Virus record (IMG/VR): IMGVR_UViG_3300042940_000020
Coordinates: 1 to 25,106 of that record
DNA from: a virus
Taxonomy: Duplodnaviria; Caudoviricetes
DNA length: 25,106 bases
Strand: one strand, 5' to 3'
Shown: piece after piece, positions 1 to 8,335 of the stretch
How the letters are laid out: each line of letters opens with the position of its first letter
Position numbering within the stretch: position 1 is the first letter of the stretch
Made by a program: the position numbers and the translations under genes
Notes under the pieces: model-generated
Database searches by the model: none
What the model was told of the DNA's origin: nothing
Seen by the model: the letters and a program-made list of their open reading frames with translations, nothing else

Positions 1-168
1 CGGGAAGCATACGCCAGCCAAGACTATCAAGACTTATGCAAGGCTATTGGGGTAGCGACCGAGAACGCTGAGAAGCTGAAGTGGGAACTAGAAGCCGCAA
101 GACTACGCCACGCTACATGGCAGACCCTAGAAGTATCTAACCGTAACCAAGATCGGATATTAAAATGA
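1..168 (+). CDS. 3' end of a conserved phage hypothetical protein (5'-truncated by the window edge)
   Basis: Frame 1 is open from base 1 (REAYASQDYQDLCKAIGVATENAEKLKWELEAARLRHATWQTLEVSNRNQDRILK) to TGA at 166-168. The stop overlaps the next ATG (ATGA). The sequence looks helical/coiled-coil. Translated by hand; not in the ORF track. Confidence 0.7.
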   Translation, partial: REAYASQDYQDLCKAIGVATENAEKLKWELEAARLRHATWQTLEVSNRNQDRILK

Positions 169-335
169 TTGAATTACTCAACGAGTTTCAGGTTCTTAGA
201 ACCTTAGTCCGTCACTATGACGATGCCCTAAAAAGCAACAACGCCATACAGATGATGGAGATTGCGGTAGACATTGCAGAATCCGCTGTAAAGCTAGAAC
301 AATACAGCGTGGATCATGCCAATGTATCGCAATAA
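165..335 (+). CDS. Small hypothetical protein, 56 aa (MIELLNEFQVLRTLVRHYDDALKSNNAIQMMEIAVDIAESAVKLEQYSVDHANVSQ)
   Basis: ATG 165 overlaps the upstream TGA, TAA is at 333-335, and the ORF fills the gap between neighbours. It is below the ORF-track size cutoff. Confidence 0.65.
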   Translation: MIELLNEFQVLRTLVRHYDDALKSNNAIQMMEIAVDIAESAVKLEQYSVDHANVSQ

Positions 336-612
336 AAGCTTACTGGAGATAGTTAGAAGCTTCCCCTGCACCCATTGCGGGGCTACAGATGGCACAGTGG
401 TTGCCGCACACTCAAATCAATTAAGGGATGGAAAAGGCCGTGGACTCAAAGCACACGATTACAGAATTGCATCACTCTGCTACACCTGTCACACAGAAAT
501 CGACCAAGGTGCAACACTTAGCAAAACAGAGAGAGTGGGTAGGTGGGAAGAAGCGCACCGAAAAACGATTGCCCTCTTATTCGAGTCGGGGTTTTTATAT
601 ACCAAGTTTTGA
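316..612 (+). CDS. DUF1364/YbcO-like Zn-binding putative nuclease (true start may be ATG 322)
   Basis: Contains CxxC (CTHC), VVAAHSN, GKGRGLKAHD and a second CxxCH (CYTCH), the pattern of this phage family. It sits next to RusA, as in lambdoid nin regions. Confidence 0.75.
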   Translation: MPMYRNKSLLEIVRSFPCTHCGATDGTVVAAHSNQLRDGKGRGLKAHDYRIASLCYTCHTEIDQGATLSKTERVGRWEEAHRKTIALLFESGFLYTKF

Positions 613-653
613 ACAAATGACCCAAGACACCGTGGAATTGTTAAACTCTCTTA

Positions 654-1022
654 ATGTTGATTCTAAATTTACCCCTACCCCCATCCGTCAATCATTACTG
701 GGGGAGTCATGGACACAGGCGTTACATCAGCAAGGCAGGAAAAGAGTTCAAAGAAAAAGTTAGCGATTATGTAGTGGAGTGGAAAGTTCCCAAGCTAGGT
801 ACTGCCCGCCTAGAAATGCAGGTCACCCTGTACCCAAAAGACAGACGCAAGCAAGATATTGATAACCGAATCAAAGCCCTTTGGGATGCCCTAGCCGATG
901 CTGGCGTATTTGATAACGATGAACAAATTGATGTGTTGATGGTACAGCGTGGCGCAATAAAAAAAGGTGGCGGTTGTCTTGTAGTTATTGATAAAATAGA
1001 GGAAACTACACCCATAATATAA
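654..1022 (+). CDS. rusA: RusA-family Holliday junction resolvase
   Basis: N-terminal LPLPPSVNHYW, the catalytic DRRKQDIDNRIKALWDAL motif and GVFDNDEQI; 122 aa. Confidence 0.9.
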   Translation: MLILNLPLPPSVNHYWGSHGHRRYISKAGKEFKEKVSDYVVEWKVPKLGTARLEMQVTLYPKDRRKQDIDNRIKALWDALADAGVFDNDEQIDVLMVQRGAIKKGGGCLVVIDKIEETTPII

Positions 1023-1030
1023 GGATTTTT

Positions 1031-1387
1031 ATGGAAAACTGTGCATTATTTGTAGCGACACTACTACATTCTGCGACCAATACCCATTTCTTTCATTGGT
1101 CTACCGACAGTTTTTCTAAACATAGCGCACTCGCTGAATACTACGATGGCATTGTAGAACTAACAGACACCTTTGCCGAGTCTTACATGGGTAAGTACGG
1201 TAAGTTCACCAGCTTCCCAAGCGTGTACCACCAGCCTAAAGACCCAGTACGCTACATGGAATCCTTACAAAACTTTGTAAAAGAAGCCCGCCAAGACTTA
1301 CCCCAAGACAGCGAACTACAGAACATTATTGATGAGATCGCAGACCTCATTAACACCACCGCTTATAAACTTAAGTTCTTGAAATAA
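1031..1387 (+). CDS. Dps/ferritin-like four-helix protein (DUF5856-like)
   Basis: HFFHWST...FSKHSALAEYYDGIVELTDTFAE matches the Dps HW..F..H......D..AE ferroxidase pattern. RBS AAGGA at 1021. Confidence 0.7.
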   Translation: MENCALFVATLLHSATNTHFFHWSTDSFSKHSALAEYYDGIVELTDTFAESYMGKYGKFTSFPSVYHQPKDPVRYMESLQNFVKEARQDLPQDSELQNIIDEIADLINTTAYKLKFLK

Positions 1388-1397
1388 AAGGATATTT

Positions 1398-1580
1398 ATG
1401 CCACTCGATAAATCAGGTAGCGCAGAATCAGTCGGTAAGAACATCAAGACCGAGATGAAAACTAAACCTAAAAAGCAAGCCGTAGCCATTGCACTAAGCG
1501 TTGAGCGTGAGAACGCCAAAGGTAGCCGTAAGGCAAAGCTAGAGGATGCCTACGCTAAGTACATTGAGGAAAAGGCATGA
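1398..1580 (+). CDS. Small basic phage protein, 60 aa
   Basis: AAGGA RBS; Lys-rich; MPLxKSxS...NIKTE...KQAVAIALS pattern typical of small phage proteins upstream of terminases. Confidence 0.75.
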   Translation: MPLDKSGSAESVGKNIKTEMKTKPKKQAVAIALSVERENAKGSRKAKLEDAYAKYIEEKA

Positions 1581-1843
1581 GTCGTAGGGATGACATTCGT
1601 GCGGCAGTAGAAAAGCACGATAAACCCATTCCTAAGACAACAACGGGCAAGGATAAGAATTACCTGCCTACAGAGCAGGGCGCAGGGATGACCGCCAAAG
1701 GTAGGGCGGCATACAATCGTAAAAACAACGCTAATCTACAAGCACCACAAGCCAGTGGGCCAAGGCACGATAGCTTTTGTGCAAGGTCAAAAGGCTGGAC
1801 AGGTGAGCGTGGTAAGGCGGCTAGAGCAAGGTGGAAATGCTAA
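1577..1843 (+). CDS. Small basic phage protein (DUF6321-like), 88 aa
   Basis: GAGMTAKGRAAYNR...NLQAP...RHDSFCAR...ARARWKC motif; ATGA overlap with the upstream gene; GAGG RBS. Confidence 0.75.
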   Translation: MSRRDDIRAAVEKHDKPIPKTTTGKDKNYLPTEQGAGMTAKGRAAYNRKNNANLQAPQASGPRHDSFCARSKGWTGERGKAARARWKC

Positions 1844-2028
1844 TGAAAGACGGACTATATGCCAACATTCACCGCAAGAGGGCTAGGATCAAGGCGGGAT
1901 CAGGTGAAAAGATGAACAAGGTTGGTAGCAAAGATGCCCCAACAGCACAGGATTTTAAAGAATCTGCTAAGACTGCTAAACCGCAGAGCAGAAAAGATAT
2001 GATCCGTGAAAAGATGAAGGATATGTAA
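1843..2028 (+). CDS. Small basic phage protein, 61 aa (start at ATG 1843 rather than 1831)
   Basis: TAATG stop/start overlap at 1841-1845; GLYANIHRKRARIKAGSGEKM...APTAQDFKESAKTAK motif. Confidence 0.75.
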   Translation: MKDGLYANIHRKRARIKAGSGEKMNKVGSKDAPTAQDFKESAKTAKPQSRKDMIREKMKDM

Positions 2029-2348
2029 TGGTTAATCAGAAGTTAGCCGCTATCTTGCGTCAATTTGACCCTCATGGTGCTGACTATGATTACGATACCG
2101 CTATTGCCGCAGGGATGAAACCCCAGCAAGAAGGCGGTGAAAACCAAGGACACTGGGGGTCAGTAGCCCCGACACCTATGCAATACCGTATGGACTACAA
2201 CCTGCCCGAAAACTCTTACATGATGCTAAAAGGTGCGGCACACCCTACATTTCAGATGGGCGTACAAGGCGAACAAGACAGGGGCTACCAAGTAATGAAG
2301 TTTGGTGACCGTTATTTCTCACTACCGCCCGATTACATGAGGAAATAA
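2028..2348 (+). CDS. Hypothetical protein, 106 aa
   Basis: TAATG overlap and AAGGA RBS; globular-looking sequence (GHWGS, LKGAAHPTF). Confidence 0.7.
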   Translation: MVNQKLAAILRQFDPHGADYDYDTAIAAGMKPQQEGGENQGHWGSVAPTPMQYRMDYNLPENSYMMLKGAAHPTFQMGVQGEQDRGYQVMKFGDRYFSLPPDYMRK

Positions 2349-2349
2349 G

Positions 2350-2529
2350 ATGGACTACGAACGCAAAGATAGCAACTACAAAGCTAAGCACGGTAAAGAA
2401 CCGCAAAAGCTACACCCTACAATGAGCGCAGGTAAGCCAAGTAGCCTAAGAAAGCTACAGCAAGACCGCCTAAACCGCAGGGCCATGATCGCTAATAAAC
2501 TAAAAGACTTGGATAAAGAAGTTTTGTAA
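2350..2529 (+). CDS. Small basic protein, 59 aa (MDYERKDSNYKAKHGKEPQKLHPTMSAGKPSSLRKLQQDRLNRRAMIANKLKDLDKEVL)
   Basis: ATG 2350 preceded by GAGGA; TAA 2527-2529 overlaps the next ATG (TAATG). Translated by hand; missed by the ORF track. Confidence 0.7.
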   Translation: MDYERKDSNYKAKHGKEPQKLHPTMSAGKPSSLRKLQQDRLNRRAMIANKLKDLDKEVL

Positions 2530-3830
2530 TGGACTTAGCTAGTGCATTACGCTCCTTAAGTGATAGGGTGGTAAACCTACCCACCGAGGCACAGCGTTTT
2601 ATGTACAACCCCCAAGCATTTACCCAAATGTTTGGCATTAACCGACTACCCAATGAAACAGGGTTTGCTGAAGGCGCAATGGTCGGTGATCGTAAATACG
2701 GTAGTGAGAAAGGTTTTAAACAAGGCGAACCGCTTGCCTTGCCAATAGCTGTAGCATCAATGGGCGCACCACTTGCCGCCCCTACCGCTAGAGCATTAGC
2801 ACCTAAAGCCGCAAGCATGGCAGAAGATTATCTTGCCAAGATAGGTGGCATTCAATATATCGCACCACAAAACAAAGCCCTAGCTGAAGCTATCCGCAAT
2901 AAGCCAATTGGTGACTTTGACCCACGCTTTGATCCTAGAGTCTTAGAAAAGCAAAAGATTGCAACTACCGTGCCTGTGGTCGAACAGATAAATAAGACCG
3001 AAATCCCAAAGGTATCGCTGGCAGACTTTGAGGGCAGACCATTTATAACCAGTATGTCTGACCGCACTGCCGCTGGTGGTGACTTGCTTGGCGTTAACGA
3101 TGTAATGTTTAAAAGACCCGTACACCTTTATGGTGGGCAGGACTATATGTTTAATACACCTAATCAGGTATGGGCATCCGCACAGCAAGCAGTATCTCCA
3201 ATTACCAAAAATGCCGAGATGCTTAAAGAAGTTACTGGTCAAAATCCTTTGTATATTCCGTGGCGCATGGCCCCAACTAGCGGTGACTTTGCCCATATGA
3301 CTGGCGAAAGTATGCTCGGATACGCAGAAGCCGCTATGAGCAGGGGTGATAAGAAGCAACTAAATACTGCAATCAAAGATTTTATTCCAAACTGGAAGGG
3401 CGTAGATAACGCTGAAAGTATTGCCCAATACAGAGCCGCACCCAAGGTAGTAAGGGATTCGATCATGCAGATTATGGATCGTGACTTCAGGGATTTGGGT
3501 AGCCTAAACATTGGTCAGGCACGATTATCGGTAACCGACCCACGCCAAATCAATGCGGCAGAAGGCGGTATACAGAATGTGGGTGAAATCTTTGCGGGTC
3601 AACCTATGATTATGAAATCAGGTCACCCATCTTACCCACGGGGAGTAGCAGGTCAAGGACTCGGAACGCTAGAACGGGAACACAATATATTTGAACTTCT
3701 GCCCAATGTAGTGAAAGAGCGTGGCATTGCTAACCCAACCGCCCCAGCGCAGACAGACCTACGGGCATTACAGATGAAACCCTATGCAGGAATCCTAACC
3801 GCAAATTTACTAAGACAGTTAGGGTATTAA
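2529..3830 (+). CDS. Large hypothetical protein, 433 aa: flexible N-terminus plus a globular C-terminal domain (candidate virion-carried effector)
   Basis: Long ORF with coupled start. The Ala/Pro-rich hydrophobic linker (LALPIAVASMGAPLAAPTARALAP) precedes an ~300-aa enzyme-like region. No family recognised. Confidence 0.8.
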   Translation: MDLASALRSLSDRVVNLPTEAQRFMYNPQAFTQMFGINRLPNETGFAEGAMVGDRKYGSEKGFKQGEPLALPIAVASMGAPLAAPTARALAPKAASMAEDYLAKIGGIQYIAPQNKALAEAIRNKPIGDFDPRFDPRVLEKQKIATTVPVVEQINKTEIPKVSLADFEGRPFITSMSDRTAAGGDLLGVNDVMFKRPVHLYGGQDYMFNTPNQVWASAQQAVSPITKNAEMLKEVTGQNPLYIPWRMAPTSGDFAHMTGESMLGYAEAAMSRGDKKQLNTAIKDFIPNWKGVDNAESIAQYRAAPKVVRDSIMQIMDRDFRDLGSLNIGQARLSVTDPRQINAAEGGIQNVGEIFAGQPMIMKSGHPSYPRGVAGQGLGTLEREHNIFELLPNVVKERGIANPTAPAQTDLRALQMKPYAGILTANLLRQLGY

Positions 3831-4012
3831 TACAAGTATTCAGGTTTAAATTGATTCGCTACCTGTTCGCCAAAGCGTTGAGATAGAAAAGAACACACAG
3901 ATTCGTGGGTTACAGAAACAATGCCCGAAGCAATACAAAAGGTTTCATGCAAGGTAAGAGCATCAAGCATTGGTTTAGACATAGGCACATCAACATTAAC
4001 AGTGGGTGTCAT
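3827..4012 (-). CDS. Small antisense-oriented protein, 61 aa; the only credible minus-strand gene in the window
   Basis: AAGGAG RBS (plus-strand CTCCTT 4019-4024) upstream of the ATG. It fills an otherwise empty gap, and its stop overlaps the stop of 2529-3830 tail-to-tail (TTAA 3827-3830). Confidence 0.75.
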   Translation of the reverse strand: MTPTVNVDVPMSKPMLDALTLHETFCIASGIVSVTHESVCSFLSQRFGEQVANQFKPEYLY

Positions 4013-4039
4013 TGCAATCTCCTTGTTTTGTAATATAAT
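4012..4039 (+). promoter_or_regulatory. Possible overlapping, oppositely oriented sigma70-like promoter toward terS
   Basis: TTGCAA (4012-4017), 16-nt spacer, TATAAT (4034-4039) in the AT-rich intergenic gap. Confidence 0.35.
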
Positions 4040-4067
4040 TGTACCAAAGATTAATCTATCTTAACAA
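4038..4067 (-). promoter_or_regulatory. Putative sigma70 promoter for the 61-aa antisense gene
   Basis: Minus strand reads TTGTTA (4067-4062), 18-nt spacer, TACAAT (4043-4038), with an extended -10 TGn immediately 5' of the -10. It is positioned just upstream of the RBS. Confidence 0.55.
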
Positions 4068-4082
4068 CCACTTGGATAAGGT

Positions 4083-4379
4083 ATGAGTTCTACAGTAGAA
4101 AAGACTAGAAAAAAGACAGGCGGGCGTGTTGCAGGTGTGCCTAATAAGTCAACAGCCCTCGCTAGAGAGGCGATTGCACGGTTCGTGGATGGTAACAGCC
4201 ACAAGCTACAAGAATGGCTTGATGAGATCGCTATGAACGAGAAGCTAGGGCCAAAGGTCGCATTTGATTGCTTCATGCAGGTAGCTGAGTACCATGTACC
4301 CAAGCTGGCTAGAACAGAACACACAGGTGATGCAGACCAGCCCGTTAAGGTAGTTCACGAACACAAGTTCCTAGATTGA
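4083..4379 (+). CDS. terS: Terminase small subunit (putative)
   Basis: KTGGRVAGVPNKST N-terminal motif and C-terminal PKLARTEHTG; lies directly upstream of and overlaps terL. Confidence 0.7.
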   Translation: MSSTVEKTRKKTGGRVAGVPNKSTALAREAIARFVDGNSHKLQEWLDEIAMNEKLGPKVAFDCFMQVAEYHVPKLARTEHTGDADQPVKVVHEHKFLD

Positions 4380-5725
4380 AAGAAGTAGTCATAAAGTATG
4401 AGTATCCCTACAAGGCACGGGATGCGTTCATAGACTTTCACAAGCGTGACCAACGCTGGGCTGTATTGGTATGCCATAGACGAGCAGGAAAGACCGTAGC
4501 GACCATTGCGGATACGATCCGTAGGGCAGTTATGGAGAAAAAAGAGAACGCTCGTTACGCCTACATAGCACCGTACTACGCACAGGCTAAGAACATTGCA
4601 TGGGATTACTTACTCAAGTTTGCAGAACCAGCCATAGTTAAGGCTAATCAATCTGAATTATGGATAGAGTTAGTCAATGGGGCTAAGATCAGATTATTTG
4701 GCGCAGACAATCCCGATGCCTTACGGGGTCTATACCTTGATGGGGTGGTCTTAGACGAATACGCAGACATGAAACCAAGGCTATGGGGTGAGATTGTGCG
4801 CCCATTGCTTACAGACCGCCAAGGCTGGGCTACCTTCATCGGTACTCCAAAGGGGCATAACGCCTTCTATGACATCTATAACGAAGCCCAAAAGAACCCG
4901 AACTGGTATGTCAAGACCCTAAGAGCAGACCAGTCAGGACTACTCCCTGAAGCTGAACTCTTAGACGCACAGCAGTCTATGTCAGCTAACCAGTACGAGC
5001 AAGAGTTCCTCTGTAGCTTTGAAGCCGCCATACTGGGCGCATTCTACGGTCAGGAGATGCGTAGGATTACCGACCTTGAGCGCATTACCTCGGTGGACTA
5101 TGACCCTATGTTCCCCTGCCACACAGTATGGGACTTGGGCTTTAATGATTCCACGGCTGTGATTTGGTTTCAGGTCGTATACGGTGAGATACGGGTGCTA
5201 GACCACCATATGTCTAACGGTCAAGCCATACCGTACTACCTCGGATTACTAGCGCAGAAAGAGGATGAGTACGGGTACAAGTACGGCTATCACTACCTGC
5301 CCCATGACGCTAGGGCTAAAACCTTGGCGAGTGGTGGCAAGAGTATAATTGAACAAATTGCGACAAAAATTGACATAAATAAGCTAAAAATTGTTCCAAA
5401 CCTATCACTTCAGGATGGAATACAAGCTACAAGACTTGCATTAACCCGTGCTTGGTTCGATAATAAGTGTGACGAACTAATTGAATGTTTGCGCCAATAC
5501 CAAAGGGAGTGGGATGATGATAAGAAAGTATTTAGAGATCGCCCGAAGCATGATTGGACATCACACTCAAGCGATGCGATGCGCTATCTCAGCATCGTTT
5601 GGAAAGATGAGGACAGCCCTATTCTCAAAGATACAAGGGTTAAAGGCGTATCTGTCGGGGAAAACGAAGTAACCCTAAACGAATTGTGGAAGCAAACACC
5701 TAAATCAACTTACAGGAGAATTTAA
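4376..5725 (+). CDS. terL: Terminase large subunit
   Basis: Walker A HRRAGKT, Walker B GVVLDEYA, coupling motif IGTPKG, nuclease WDLGFND and HDWTSHSSDAMRY. The TTG start overlaps the terS TGA (TTGA). Confidence 0.95.
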   Translation: MKEVVIKYEYPYKARDAFIDFHKRDQRWAVLVCHRRAGKTVATIADTIRRAVMEKKENARYAYIAPYYAQAKNIAWDYLLKFAEPAIVKANQSELWIELVNGAKIRLFGADNPDALRGLYLDGVVLDEYADMKPRLWGEIVRPLLTDRQGWATFIGTPKGHNAFYDIYNEAQKNPNWYVKTLRADQSGLLPEAELLDAQQSMSANQYEQEFLCSFEAAILGAFYGQEMRRITDLERITSVDYDPMFPCHTVWDLGFNDSTAVIWFQVVYGEIRVLDHHMSNGQAIPYYLGLLAQKEDEYGYKYGYHYLPHDARAKTLASGGKSIIEQIATKIDINKLKIVPNLSLQDGIQATRLALTRAWFDNKCDELIECLRQYQREWDDDKKVFRDRPKHDWTSHSSDAMRYLSIVWKDEDSPILKDTRVKGVSVGENEVTLNELWKQTPKSTYRRI

Positions 5726-5726
5726 T

Positions 5727-6029
5727 ATGACAGCCGCTAACGCAACATTTGCACTACCCTACGAGCATGTAGCCGCTTCACAAACAGCCCAAGTATTAGG
5801 CGCAACTGGTGCTACAGGTGATTATTTGCACCGTTTAGTTATTACTGTATCCGCTACAGCTACTTCTACTGTAAGCCTGTTAGATAACACTACATCTCAT
5901 GCATTGGTAGCCGCCAATACTGCAATCGGTGTTTATTCCATTGAAATAAATACTTTTTCTAAAAATGGTGCTTGGAAAGTAACTACTGGCGCAGGTGCAG
6001 AAGTAATAGCAATGGGTAACTTTACCTAA
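5727..6029 (+). CDS. Hypothetical beta-rich virion-associated protein, 100 aa
   Basis: AGGAG RBS; lies between terL and portal; beta-strand-rich composition. Confidence 0.7.
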   Translation: MTAANATFALPYEHVAASQTAQVLGATGATGDYLHRLVITVSATATSTVSLLDNTTSHALVAANTAIGVYSIEINTFSKNGAWKVTTGAGAEVIAMGNFT

Positions 6030-6037
6030 GGATTAAC

Positions 6038-8335
6038 ATGGATCACACCTACGAAAATTGGTATAACACCATAGCAGGGTACGAAAGAGCGTACAAGGAA
6101 TGGGAAAGCAGAACTGACCGCATTATCAAGCGGTATCGTGATGACAGCCGTACTAGGAATAACCCTAACGCACGATTCAATATCCTTTGGTCAAATGTAC
6201 AGACCATTACCCCAGCAATCTTTGCCCGTCTACCAAGACCCGATGTAAGCCGTAGGTTCAGAGATAACGATCCTGTAGCACGGGTGGCATCGATGATGCT
6301 TGAACGGGCATTGGACTACGAGATTACCCATTACGGTGACTACAAGTCTGCCATGAATCAGTCGGTCTTAGACCGCTTACTGGGTGGGCGTGGTACATCG
6401 TGGGTACGCTACGAACCACACATTGCTGGTGAAGCTGGTGGTATGGCTGAAGGTATGCCCGAAGATGGGTTACAGGTAACCGAGGATACAGACGAAGCTG
6501 AAACCGAAGGCGGTATCTATCGTGAGGATCAGGAACGCATCGAGTACGAATGTGCGCCTGTTGACTATGTTTACTGGCGTGACTTTGGACATACCATTGC
6601 CCGTACATGGGAAGAAGTAACCGCTGTATGGCGTAAGGTCTACATGGAACGCCCTGCCCTAGTCGAGCGTTTTGGTGAGGAATTGGGTAACAAGATACCC
6701 CTAGACACAAAACCTGAAACTTCTAAAACTTTCAACGAAAAGATGGGTGAAGGCGCATCCGAAGCCGTTATCTATGAGATATGGGATAAGACATCGGGCG
6801 AGGTGCTTTGGCTATCGAAGTCGATGGGTAAGATACTTGATACACGCCCTGACCCGCTAAAGCTTGAGAACTTTTGGCCCTGCCCTAAACCTCTGTATGC
6901 CACACTGACTACAGACAAGCTAGAACCAATCCCTGACTTTGTTCTGTACCAAGACCAAGCCAAACAGTTAGACACGCTTGCTGACCGTATAGATGGCTTC
7001 ATTAACGCCCTGAAAGTACGGGGTGTCTATGACGCATCCGAACCAAGTCTTGCCCGCCTGTTCTCCGAGGGTGAGAACAATACCCTGATACCTGTCAAGA
7101 ACTATGCCGCCTTCAGTGAGAAGGGTGGAATGATGGGGGCTATTAACCTTGTGGATATTGCACCGATTGCCAATGCCTTGCAGATGTCTTATCAGGCAAT
7201 GGATCAGGTCAAGAACCAAATCTACGAGATTATGGGTATCGCTGATATTCAGCGTGGACAGACAGACCCAAGCGAAACCCTTGGCGCACAGATTATCAAG
7301 TCCAACAATGCGGCAGGTCGTTTAAAGACCATGCAACACGCTGTAGTAGACTTTGCTACTGAACTCTTGAGCATCAAGGCGCAGATTATCTGCAACCACT
7401 TTACCGATGACACCATTGTTAAGATCAGTGGTGCAATGCAACTAAGCCCACAGGATCAGCAATTAATCCCACAAGCTTTAGCCTTATTGCGTAACGAATC
7501 TGCTAAGAACTTCCGTGTTGAGGTGACCAGCGACTCGATGATATTCCAAGATGAACAGCAGGAAAAGGCTGACCGTCTAGAGTTTCTATCCGCTATGAGT
7601 GGGTTCTTATCGCAAGCAGTACCAGCGGCACAAATGACACCTGAACTTACCCCAATGTTGGTCGAGATGCTGAAGTTTGGTGTCACCGCATTTAAGGCAG
7701 GTAAAGGCTTAGAGGGCATGATTGACGAAACCGCTGACAAGTTCCGTGAGCAAGCAAAGATGGCAGAAGGACAACCCAAGCCACCTAGCCCTGAACAGCA
7801 GAAGATGCAAATGCAAATGCAGATCGAGCAAGCCAAGATGCAAGCAGAAGCACAGAAAATGCAGATGCAACAACAGATTGAGCAAGCTAAGATTCAAGGG
7901 CAGATTGAACTTGAGAAGGCTAAACAGGAGTATCAAGCCCAAGAGAATCAGCTGAAGTTCCAGCTTGAGGATCAGCGCAACCGTGAGCAGATGCAGATGG
8001 AGATGGACTTGGAGCAGACCAAGATGGATTCCAGCAATAACAAAGAACTGTTACTCGCCTACCTCAACAATGCGGCTAAGATAGAAACCACCCGTATCAC
8101 GGCAGGACTAGACACGGGCGAGGCGGCTTACGCTGACAATGTACAAATGGCTAACATTTTGCAAGACCAATTAGGATATTCCGATATGAAAAACCACCCA
8201 CTACAACCCGCAATTGAGAGTATGCAGATGAGCAACCAGCAATTAGCGCAGATGTTGGCTACATTGCTAGACAAACTTAGCCAGCCTAAGACTGTGGTTA
8301 GAGGACAAGACGGTAAGATTATTGGAGTTCAATAA
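6038..8335 (+). CDS. Portal protein with a long Gln/Met-rich coiled-coil C-terminal barrel
   Basis: 765 aa, follows terL. Contains FNILWSNVQT..PAIFARLPRPDVSRRF, YEIMGIADIQRG and ETLGAQ motifs, then a QMQMQIEQAK coiled coil like the P22-type portal barrel. Confidence 0.88.
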   Translation: MDHTYENWYNTIAGYERAYKEWESRTDRIIKRYRDDSRTRNNPNARFNILWSNVQTITPAIFARLPRPDVSRRFRDNDPVARVASMMLERALDYEITHYGDYKSAMNQSVLDRLLGGRGTSWVRYEPHIAGEAGGMAEGMPEDGLQVTEDTDEAETEGGIYREDQERIEYECAPVDYVYWRDFGHTIARTWEEVTAVWRKVYMERPALVERFGEELGNKIPLDTKPETSKTFNEKMGEGASEAVIYEIWDKTSGEVLWLSKSMGKILDTRPDPLKLENFWPCPKPLYATLTTDKLEPIPDFVLYQDQAKQLDTLADRIDGFINALKVRGVYDASEPSLARLFSEGENNTLIPVKNYAAFSEKGGMMGAINLVDIAPIANALQMSYQAMDQVKNQIYEIMGIADIQRGQTDPSETLGAQIIKSNNAAGRLKTMQHAVVDFATELLSIKAQIICNHFTDDTIVKISGAMQLSPQDQQLIPQALALLRNESAKNFRVEVTSDSMIFQDEQQEKADRLEFLSAMSGFLSQAVPAAQMTPELTPMLVEMLKFGVTAFKAGKGLEGMIDETADKFREQAKMAEGQPKPPSPEQQKMQMQMQIEQAKMQAEAQKMQMQQQIEQAKIQGQIELEKAKQEYQAQENQLKFQLEDQRNREQMQMEMDLEQTKMDSSNNKELLLAYLNNAAKIETTRITAGLDTGEAAYADNVQMANILQDQLGYSDMKNHPLQPAIESMQMSNQQLAQMLATLLDKLSQPKTVVRGQDGKIIGVQ

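Noticed and set aside
428-763. 111-aa + strand ORF overlapping the DUF1364-like gene and rusA
   Set aside because: It is an alternate-frame shadow of two well-supported genes and has no recognisable motif.
4370-4382. Programmed frameshift fusing terS and terL
   Set aside because: There is no slippery heptamer, and a TTGA start/stop overlap adequately explains coupled translation.
7790-8030. Repetitive CAGATG/CAAATG tract as a DNA repeat array or CRISPR
   Set aside because: It is the degenerate codon repetition of the portal Gln/Met coiled coil, with no fixed repeat-spacer period.
4376-8335. Additional introns or inteins in terL or portal
   Set aside because: Both ORFs are uninterrupted and of normal length, with no intein C/S...HN motifs seen.
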